Positions 49,231-56,646 of a stretch of 64,000 nucleotides of DNA are shown here, piece by piece. The notes below the pieces were generated by a model. The model saw only the letters and a program-made list of their open reading frames with translations, did not search any database and was not told the DNA's origin. A program made the position numbers and the translations under genes. Positions within the stretch are counted from its first letter, which is position 1. Each line of letters starts with the position of its first letter. This stretch comes from a virus: positions 1 to 64,000 of the IMG/VR virus record IMGVR_UViG_3300028920_000065; one strand, 5' to 3'.

Positions 49231-50529
49231 ATGTTAATCCGAGAAATTCTCGAAAAACATGATTTAAAACCTGAGCAAATTAAAAAATTTGTTGATGTTC
49301 TTGAATCTGTTTCAAAAACAAAAGAAACAAAAGAATTGGAAGAATTCTTTGCAGATAATTTTTCTTTATTGGATGAAAAAGAATTTAATTCTTTTTATGA
49401 AACTGTTAAAGAAGAGTGTTTGAATGATTCTTTCTCCTTAGTTGAAAAGGAAGATATTCTTTCCGCTAAAATAATAATTCTTGAAGAAAAATTAGAAGAA
49501 ATTAATAAGAAATTGGAGGAAGGTATGAAAAAGAAATATATGGAACAAGCATGTCCATATTGCGGAGAACAGAAAATGTATGCTGATGATGGTGATTATA
49601 TCTGTGAAGCATGCAAAAAGAAATCAGTAATGAAAGAAGGTAAATTAATGAAAATTGAATCTAAAAAAGATGTTAAAGAATCAGTTGAATTTAAAAAAGG
49701 ATTAGAGGATCATGAAAAAGGTGAATATGATAACAATTTAATCCTTGAATCTGAAGATTATAGAGAAGGCATCAAAGAAGCAAAAAGACTTAAAGAAGCG
49801 GCTGAAAAATCTCCAGTCACAGTTTCAGAATTTCGTGAAATGATTACAAATCTTTCTGAATCAATTAAATCTATTTCTGAAAAAATTGATTCTCTTGAAG
49901 AAAAAATTGAAAAAACTGAAGAAGCTGAAACAGAAGAAACAAATGAAAAAGAAGATATAAATCTTGATTCTATAAATGAAGCAATTGAAAAAATTTATGA
50001 AGGAAATCTTTATGAATCTTTAAAAGAGAAAGGATTTAAAGAAATTTTTGAAGAAATTAATGAAAAAGCAAAAGAAGAATTAGAAGAAAAAGAATATAAA
50101 GCTTTGATTCTTTCCCTTGTTGAAGAAGCAAGAGAAAATGGTGAAGAAATTGATATTTTAGAATTTGTTGATGAAGAGAAAGGAGAAGATTCTAAATCAG
50201 AAGAAGTTGATGAGGAGAAAGGAGAAGATTCTAAATCAGAAGAAGTTGATGAGGAGAAAGGAGAAGATTCTAAATCAGAAGAAGTTGATGAAGAGAAAAT
50301 TGCAATTGAAGAAAAGTGTAATGATATTATTGAAAATGCAATTTCTGAACTTGTTGAAACTGATAAAGCAAAAATTAAAGAACTTGCCGAAACAATTGAA
50401 TTTGAGACTTTAGAAGAATTAGAAGAATCATTAAAAAATTTAATTGAAAATCTCGACAATAATAAAAAAGAGGAAAAGCCCACTCCTCTTAATAGATATG
50501 AAAAACTTTATGGTATAAGAAGAAAATAA
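49231..50529 (+). CDS. 22: Prohead core scaffold gp22-like, with zinc ribbon and repeats
   Basis: Highly acidic coiled coil between gp21 and gp23; C-terminal LVETDKAKIKELAETIEF. Confidence 0.75.
   Translation: MLIREILEKHDLKPEQIKKFVDVLESVSKTKETKELEEFFADNFSLLDEKEFNSFYETVKEECLNDSFSLVEKEDILSAKIIILEEKLEEINKKLEEGMKKKYMEQACPYCGEQKMYADDGDYICEACKKKSVMKEGKLMKIESKKDVKESVEFKKGLEDHEKGEYDNNLILESEDYREGIKEAKRLKEAAEKSPVTVSEFREMITNLSESIKSISEKIDSLEEKIEKTEEAETEETNEKEDINLDSINEAIEKIYEGNLYESLKEKGFKEIFEEINEKAKEELEEKEYKALILSLVEEARENGEEIDILEFVDEEKGEDSKSEEVDEEKGEDSKSEEVDEEKGEDSKSEEVDEEKIAIEEKCNDIIENAISELVETDKAKIKELAETIEFETLEELEESLKNLIENLDNNKKEEKPTPLNRYEKLYGIRRK
50167..50298 (+). repeat. 39-bp in-frame tandem repeat (3 copies plus partial)
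   Basis: GTTGATGARGAGAAAGGAGAAGATTCTAAATCAGAAGAA (VDEEKGEDSKSEE). Confidence 0.92.
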
Positions 50530-50542
50530 TTAGGAGAGAATT

Positions 50543-51946
50543 ATGACAGAAAAAAACATTCCTCTTCATGAAATGGCATCCGAGGATCGTATAGATTCCG
50601 TTAGGAGCATTCTTGAAGAACACAAAGTTCCAGAAAAAAACTGGAAACTGACATCTTTTTTAATGGGTGTTGGAATTGAAGAAGCAGAGAAAAATGGTGT
50701 AAATCTTGATGAAGCAGCAGGAAATGTAACAAGTGATGTTGAAGTTATTGCAAAAATGATGCAACCAATGATTACTCGTGGATTTGGACAGACAGCAGCA
50801 GCAGAAATATGCGGTGTATGGCCTATGAAATCTGACCAAGGTAAAATTGCTTACATGACTAATCATTTCACAAATGATCAAGCAAATCCTGTAAAAAGTA
50901 GCGATGGTCAAGTTTTAACACTTGCAGATTCTTCAGCATTTACAGCAGGAGCAACAATTTCTAATAGTACTGCAAGTGCTATTGGTACTGTTCGCTATGT
51001 ACAAAGTGAAGCACACACAATTTTTGTTGAACTAAGTTCTGGTTCTTTTGGTGTAGGTGACAGTGTTGATGATGCTAGTCCTTATGTTGCTGAGGAATCA
51101 ACTGTTTCAGTGAAATATACAACAGAAATTGCACAAAATGTTTTTTCCAGTTATAGTGAATTTGCTACTATTCTTGCTGGTGAAAATGCTTCAACAACTA
51201 TAAAAGAAGTTGAGCTTGAAGTTAATTTAAAAAGTGTTGAAGCTGAAAATCATAAACTTAGAACTCGCTATAGCAGAGAATTTGAAGCACGGATGAGAGA
51301 TTATTATGGTCTTGATGCTGATGGTCTTACTGATTCAGTTATGGCTATGGCTTTTAAACAAGAACTTAATAGACGAATATTCCAAGAAGTACTTGATGCT
51401 TCAACTTCTGGTGGAACTTCAACATGGGATTATAATGTCGATTCAGATGGTAGATGGGAAGAAGAAAAAATTAAAACTCTCATGACAAAATTAAATTTTG
51501 AATCTGCTGATATTCTTCAAGCAAATTTCATGGAAGCTGGTAATTACATTGTTATGGATCCAATCACTTTCAGTTTTTGTAAATCTTATGGTTATATAGA
51601 TATGAGTATGCTTGAAGGTAACATGGCTCAGCCTATGAAATACCCCTTTGTTGGTATTCTTAATGGTCTTTTTAGAGTTTATGTTAATCCTTGGTTAAGA
51701 TCTAGAACTCTTTCAATTGGTATGAAGGATTTCTCAGGTGATCCTGCTGCTGAAACTAGAGCTGGAATATTTTTCAATCCTTATCTTGCAATGGATATTA
51801 CTAAAACAATCCAAGATGCAAACGGTCAACCTGTTAAATTTGCTTGGAGTATGTATGGTTTTACTGCTCATCCTTTAGCTGCAACAAGTGGAACAAATGA
51901 TTTCTTTAGACGTGTAAACGTTTCTAATCTTCCTAATCATGCTTAA
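50543..51946 (+). CDS. 23: Major capsid protein gp23
   Basis: AEICGVWPM, VEAENHKLRTRYSRE, ELNRRI, GNYIV, FVGILNGLFRVYVNP, AGIFFNPY, GQP. Confidence 0.93.
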   Translation: MTEKNIPLHEMASEDRIDSVRSILEEHKVPEKNWKLTSFLMGVGIEEAEKNGVNLDEAAGNVTSDVEVIAKMMQPMITRGFGQTAAAEICGVWPMKSDQGKIAYMTNHFTNDQANPVKSSDGQVLTLADSSAFTAGATISNSTASAIGTVRYVQSEAHTIFVELSSGSFGVGDSVDDASPYVAEESTVSVKYTTEIAQNVFSSYSEFATILAGENASTTIKEVELEVNLKSVEAENHKLRTRYSREFEARMRDYYGLDADGLTDSVMAMAFKQELNRRIFQEVLDASTSGGTSTWDYNVDSDGRWEEEKIKTLMTKLNFESADILQANFMEAGNYIVMDPITFSFCKSYGYIDMSMLEGNMAQPMKYPFVGILNGLFRVYVNPWLRSRTLSIGMKDFSGDPAAETRAGIFFNPYLAMDITKTIQDANGQPVKFAWSMYGFTAHPLAATSGTNDFFRRVNVSNLPNHA

Positions 51947-51968
51947 TAATAAATCTTTTTAAACTCCT

Positions 51969-51998
51969 GGTCCCTTTTCGAAGGGACCTTTTTTTTTT
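51969..51998 (+). terminator. Rho-independent terminator after major capsid gene
   Basis: GGTCCCTT-TTCG-AAGGGACC followed by T10. Confidence 0.93.
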
Positions 51999-52024
51999 GA
52001 CTTTCTTAAAAAAATATATATAAT
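51997..52024 (+). promoter_or_regulatory. Early-type promoter overlapping the terminator T-run
   Basis: TTGACTTTCTTAAAAAAATATATATAAT. Confidence 0.7.
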
Positions 52025-52048
52025 AGAATAAATGTAATTGGGTTTAAA

Positions 52049-52219
52049 TTGAAAGAAGGAATTTTAGAGAATAGAATAAAGTATCAAAAACATAAACTAA
52101 AAAACATTTTAGAAAATTTTGATAAAGAATTGACTGAAATTGAAAATATGAAAAATCATGGGTTTGATAGAATTTTTGATGCTGGAAATAAAAAATTTAT
52201 TTTGGAGAGAGGAAAATGA
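52049..52219 (+). pseudogene. C-terminal remnant of Hef-like homing endonuclease
   Basis: LENRIKYQKHKLKNILENFDKELTEIENMKNHGFDRIFDAGNKKF; no N-terminal part or clear RBS. Confidence 0.7.
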
Positions 52220-53238
52220 AGTATAAAAAATATAATAGTATTAAAAATATTTATGATGAATTATATATTGAAAAAATAAAAAATTTAAAATCTTCCCAAT
52301 CAGTATCTTGGGTTGTAACAGAAAAAATTCATGGATCTAATTTTGCCTTTATAACGAATGGAAAAAATGTTGTTTGCCAAACAAGAAAACATATTCTTAA
52401 AGAAAATGAAAAATTTTATAATTGGCAACTTGTCAGAGATGAAAACAAACAAAATATTTTAAATATGTTTAATTTGATAAGTGATAGGTTTTCTGATCCA
52501 TTAGATGAAGTTTATGTTTTTGGTGAATTGTTTGGTGGTCATTATCAGCATAAAGACGTAATCCAATCAAATACATCAATAAGATTACAAAAAGGAATAT
52601 CATATCATCCAGAAAATAAATTCATGGCATTTGATATTTTTATTCGTTTAAAAAATTTGAAAACGAGATGGTTGAATTATAAAGAATTTATTATCATTAC
52701 ATTATCAAGCAATATTATGACTGTTCCGGCTTTATTTATGGGAACATTAGAAGAATGTTTAGATTATCCAAATGCAATACACACTAAAGTTCCTCTTTAT
52801 TTTAATTTGCCTGAAATTGAAGATAATATAGCTGAAGGAATTGTTATAAAACCTTATTTTCCAATTTTTTTAGGAAAAAGTAGAATCATTTTAAAAAATA
52901 AAAATAATAAATTTAAAGAAAAAGTAAAAAAGAAAAAAAATAAAATAATACAAAATGAATTTTCTGAAATTCAATTGAAATATATAAATGAATATAATTT
53001 ATATTTGAGCAAAGAAAGATTTATAAATGCTGCTAGTAAAATTGGTGAACCAGATTTTGAAAAGTTTTCTCAATTTTCCAAAGAAATTTTTTTAGATGCT
53101 TTAAAAGATTTTTTAGAGGATAATCAATCTAATATCATATTAGAAATACCTAATAAAAATGAAAGAAAAAGAGTTATGAAGCAATTAAAAAAATTAGTTG
53201 ATTATTTTGTAAGAGATTATATCATGGGAAAAATTTAA
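52216..53238 (+). CDS. RNA ligase 2 (Rnl2 family)
   Basis: VTEKIHGSNF, FGELFGG, AFDI, AEGIVIKP, LKNKN, SKIG. Confidence 0.92.
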   Translation: MKYKKYNSIKNIYDELYIEKIKNLKSSQSVSWVVTEKIHGSNFAFITNGKNVVCQTRKHILKENEKFYNWQLVRDENKQNILNMFNLISDRFSDPLDEVYVFGELFGGHYQHKDVIQSNTSIRLQKGISYHPENKFMAFDIFIRLKNLKTRWLNYKEFIIITLSSNIMTVPALFMGTLEECLDYPNAIHTKVPLYFNLPEIEDNIAEGIVIKPYFPIFLGKSRIILKNKNNKFKEKVKKKKNKIIQNEFSEIQLKYINEYNLYLSKERFINAASKIGEPDFEKFSQFSKEIFLDALKDFLEDNQSNIILEIPNKNERKRVMKQLKKLVDYFVRDYIMGKI

Positions 53239-53249
53239 AATAATACTTT

Positions 53250-53335
53250 CTAACGAACGAAAAATAATTATCTATACTCTGCTATTAAAAAGAACAGAAA
53301 ATCGCTATAAATTAAAATATGAAACTCTCAGAGTA
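53250..53335. repeat. Dispersed intergenic element, copy 4
   Basis: TTATCTATACTCTGCTATTAAAAAGAACAGAAAATCGCTATAAATTAAAATATGAAACTCTCAGAG. Confidence 0.7.
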
Positions 53336-53387
53336 TATTTTAAGTAGTTTGTATGGTAGTTTATATGTTTATCAAAGCAAATTGATC

Positions 53388-53416
53388 ATTATATCATAAA
53401 ATTTATTTTATGTCAA
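53388..53416 (-). promoter_or_regulatory. Consensus sigma70 promoter with no downstream ORF
   Basis: TTGACA-17 nt-TATAAT on minus strand. Confidence 0.7.
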
Positions 53417-53559
53417 TATTTTTAATAAAAAATTTCTTTAATAAAAATAAAGCTTTATAAATTTATTTAAAAATATCAATAGACATTCATAAAACATTTT
53501 ATATAATTACAATATTCCACTATGTGGACAGAATGATATATTATTAAAGGAGAAAAAAA

Positions 53560-54201
53560 ATGAAGAAATTAATTATTTTAATAATTTTCTTACTCTTTTC
53601 TTGTGCAACTCAATCTAAAAGGTCTTTGTTTCCAGCAAACACTCTTGCTAAAACAAAATCTGTTGTTATTGTTTGGGTCACAAAAATAGGGAAAGAAGGG
53701 GATAAATTAGTTCAGTTAAATGCCATGGGAACTGGTTTTGTAATTGCTCCCAAACATATTATGACAAATTATCATGTTGTTGATGGAAGTATTTTGACAA
53801 CAACAGAAAATTATAATGGGGATAAGATATATTCAACAGTTGTTTATGCAAATCCAGAAACAGATATAGCAATTTTAAAAATGGAAACTGACCCAGAAGG
53901 TTTAGAACCATTGGAAGTTGATACAGGAAGCAAAGTTGGTGATCAAATTCTGATCATTGGTCATCCTAGCCACGATTATTTTTTAAATGTAAGTGGAATC
54001 GTTTCAGCAATTAAATATCAAGGTGAGGTTTTAGAAATTCACACTGATGCAATGATTTATTATGGTTCAAGTGGATCTCCTATGATTAATACGGAAGGAA
54101 AAGTGATTGGAATTTCTGGAGGATTTTATTCTCAGAATAGAATTGGTATTGGTATTCATGCAAAACATATTATTGAAGCCATGAAAGCAATCGATTTATA
54201 A
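53560..54201 (+). CDS. Trypsin-like (S1C/HtrA-type, no PDZ) serine protease lipoprotein
   Basis: Signal peptide with lipobox LFSC; GTGF, TNYHVV, TDIAIL, YGSSGSP. Confidence 0.88.
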   Translation: MKKLIILIIFLLFSCATQSKRSLFPANTLAKTKSVVIVWVTKIGKEGDKLVQLNAMGTGFVIAPKHIMTNYHVVDGSILTTTENYNGDKIYSTVVYANPETDIAILKMETDPEGLEPLEVDTGSKVGDQILIIGHPSHDYFLNVSGIVSAIKYQGEVLEIHTDAMIYYGSSGSPMINTEGKVIGISGGFYSQNRIGIGIHAKHIIEAMKAIDL

Positions 54202-54277
54202 TATTTTCTTAACAAAAATTATCATTCATGTTGTAATAATGATATAAATAATTTTGTTATATTTATGGAGGAAATAG

Positions 54278-55012
54278 ATGACTATATTTCTTACTGGAGA
54301 TTTACATGGACAAATTGATATTCAAAAATTGTCCAGTGATAATTTTTCTGAAGGAAAAACTTTAACAAAAAATGATTTTCTTATAGTTTTAGGAGATTTT
54401 GGTTTAATATTTCATGAACCAAGTCACAAAAATTATAGATCAGAAAAACATTGGTTAAATTGGCTTGAAAAAAAGCCATGGACAACCCTTTTTGTAGATG
54501 GAAATCATGAAAATTTTGATATAATAGAAAAATTACCAGAAGTTGAAATGTTTGGATCTAAAGTTGGAAAAGTGAATAATAGCATATACCATCTTAAAAG
54601 AGGAAATATTTATACAATAGAAAATAAAACTTTTCTTGCTCTTGGTGGAGCTGCATCAGTTGATAAGAATTCAAGATTATTTGATGAGAAAATTTATAAA
54701 CAAAAATTATGGTGGGATCAAGAACTTTGGACAAAAAAAGAAGAAAATTATTGCCTTGATATATTGGATAAAAATAATTGGAAAGTTGATTATGTTATTT
54801 CACATACTGCCCCAGATAAAATAATAGAAGATATGTTTCGTGATCATTGGTCATTTTCTCAAAGATTTAATGATCCTACAGCAAGATTTTTTGATTATCT
54901 TTATAGCAAAGCAAATTTAATATTTAAAAAGTGGTATTTTGGTCATTTTCATAAAAATAGAGAATTGAAAAAGTTTAGATGTTTATATGGAGATATTGTT
55001 AGATTAAATTAA
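54278..55012 (+). CDS. Calcineurin-like metallophosphoesterase
   Basis: GDLHG, LGDFG, DGNHE, SHTAP, FGHFH. Confidence 0.9.
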   Translation: MTIFLTGDLHGQIDIQKLSSDNFSEGKTLTKNDFLIVLGDFGLIFHEPSHKNYRSEKHWLNWLEKKPWTTLFVDGNHENFDIIEKLPEVEMFGSKVGKVNNSIYHLKRGNIYTIENKTFLALGGAASVDKNSRLFDEKIYKQKLWWDQELWTKKEENYCLDILDKNNWKVDYVISHTAPDKIIEDMFRDHWSFSQRFNDPTARFFDYLYSKANLIFKKWYFGHFHKNRELKKFRCLYGDIVRLN

Positions 55013-55020
55013 AGGACGAT

Positions 55021-55488
55021 ATGATGGGATGCGATATTCATTCATTTGCAGAAGTAAGAAAAGATGGTAAGTGGCAGTATACTGGAAATGTTTTTCGAGA
55101 CGATGAAATGATGAGAAAATATTCAAAAAAATATAAAACAGATGAAGTTTTCCTGTATAGAAATTATGGTTTGTTTGGATTTTTAGCAGATGTGAGAAAT
55201 TATAGTTGTGTTGAATCATTTGAAGCAAAAGGATGGCCAACTGATAGTGAATATTTTGATGTGATTAACCCAAACCAAGACTGTGATTTTCATACATATT
55301 CATATCTTACTCTTGAGGAACTTCTTGATTTTGATTATTCAAAAGAATTTGAAGATCAAAGGAGTCGAGTGAAATCAGCAATATCTTATAAAGAATTTCT
55401 AGGAGAGTTTTATTTTCAAAGACTTGAAGAATTAAAGAAACTTGGAAATCCATCTGATGTTAGAGTTGTTTTTTGGTTTGATAATTAA
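55021..55488 (+). CDS. Conserved phage hypothetical protein
   Basis: MGCDIH...RNYGLFGFLADVRN...RVVFWFDN pattern common in phages. Confidence 0.75.
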   Translation: MMGCDIHSFAEVRKDGKWQYTGNVFRDDEMMRKYSKKYKTDEVFLYRNYGLFGFLADVRNYSCVESFEAKGWPTDSEYFDVINPNQDCDFHTYSYLTLEELLDFDYSKEFEDQRSRVKSAISYKEFLGEFYFQRLEELKKLGNPSDVRVVFWFDN

Positions 55489-55501
55489 ACGTAGGAGAAT
55501 T

Positions 55502-55552
55502 ATGAGGTTAATAATCGCTGGCGGTAGAGATTTTAGGGATTATGAATTATAA
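55502..55552 (+). pseudogene. 16-codon N-terminal remnant of a SLOG/YspA (DUF2493)-family gene
   Basis: AGGAG RBS; MRLIIAGGRDFRDYEL-stop. Confidence 0.7.
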
Positions 55553-55832
55553 AGAATATCTTGATCTTATCGATAAAATATCAATTGAAGATTTCAAAGA
55601 AATGAGATTATTTGAAATATTAACTTTCAACATGGTAACTGAAATGATTAGATGGTATGTTACAAATCTAATAGAAAATACATCAGAAACATACTTGAAA
55701 AATCATGTACTAGAATATTCTTTTTCTTTAGAAAAACTTAGTGAAGTTAGGAAAATATTAAAGAAACATATTCTTAATGGAAATATTAAATGTTTAAGTG
55801 AAAGGGTTGAAGTATTAGAGGAGGATGAGTAA
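55542..55832 (+). CDS. Hypothetical protein
   Basis: 96-aa ORF. Confidence 0.55.
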   Translation: MNYKEYLDLIDKISIEDFKEMRLFEILTFNMVTEMIRWYVTNLIENTSETYLKNHVLEYSFSLEKLSEVRKILKKHILNGNIKCLSERVEVLEEDE

Positions 55833-56039
55833 ATGAATTGTAAAAAATGTAATTCAAAAGAGACAAATTATCAACAAGAATATATTCATAATAGAAATGC
55901 GGGAACAATAAGAGAAATGGCGTATATTCATTGTAAAGACTGCAATCATAGAGAATTTATTTATGATATTTTTAAAGATAAAGACGGAAAAATCTATGAT
56001 GGTCAAGAGATTGTAAAAAAAGGTTTATTGTCGAATTGA
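55833..56039 (+). CDS. Small zinc-ribbon protein
   Basis: CKKC...CKDC. Confidence 0.6.
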   Translation: MNCKKCNSKETNYQQEYIHNRNAGTIREMAYIHCKDCNHREFIYDIFKDKDGKIYDGQEIVKKGLLSN

Positions 56040-56204
56040 AAAAAGGATTCTTTTTGATAACCTAAATTCTTTTTACTAAAATTCTATAATGAAGACATTG
56101 AATATTATGACTGACAGATAGTATTGTTTGAATTTCAATGTTTCTTTCTTTTCCTGGTTTTGTCAAGCTAAAATAAATAATAATGAATATAATAGAGGAA
56201 TAAA

Positions 56205-56591
56205 ATGACACTAAAAACTTTTGATCCAAATCTTAGAAAAATATCTAATAATTCAATCGCTGAAAAAACTGGTGTTGATGCATTTATATTAATGTTACAA
56301 GATGTTATTGAAACAGAAATAGCTGAATGTCCAGAGGATATTAATAGAGGTACAAATATTTCAACTGATTATTTAAATGGTTCGGTAAATATGCTAAATT
56401 CTATGATTCTTGAAAATATTGTTTACCTTGCTATAAAAAATAATATACCAGAAATAGAAATTTCTGAGGATCAAATTGAAATTGTCGCTGATTATGATAA
56501 TGAGGAATATCTTTTTTATATTAGTGTTTCTTCTGAAAATCAAACAGAAGAGGATCAAGTATTATCATTTTCTTTGAATATTAAAAGATAA
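56205..56591 (+). CDS. 25: Baseplate wedge gp25-like
   Basis: Size, position before gp6, VIETEIAECPEDINRG (cf. TxxGERP...G); late promoter at 56174. Confidence 0.7.
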   Translation: MTLKTFDPNLRKISNNSIAEKTGVDAFILMLQDVIETEIAECPEDINRGTNISTDYLNGSVNMLNSMILENIVYLAIKNNIPEIEISEDQIEIVADYDNEEYLFYISVSSENQTEEDQVLSFSLNIKR

Positions 56592-56600
56592 TCCATAAAT

Positions 56601-56646
56601 ATAAATAATTCTGAATGAATTTATTGGAGAGAATTTAATGGCTGAT
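56601..56646 (+). repeat. 46-bp late promoter/RBS/start cassette, copy 2
   Basis: Identical to 40472-40517. Confidence 0.9.

Noticed and set aside
38527-50298. Tandem repeats as CRISPR arrays
   Set aside because: Head-to-tail, in-frame coding repeats with no spacers and no cas genes
54208-54262. Long imperfect AT-rich hairpin upstream of the phosphoesterase
   Set aside because: Almost all A-T pairs with bulges and does not cover the RBS; likely chance
56040-56170. Possible structured ncRNA (ACATTGAA...TTCAATGT)
   Set aside because: Single 8-bp stem, weak promoter match, no recognisable RNA family
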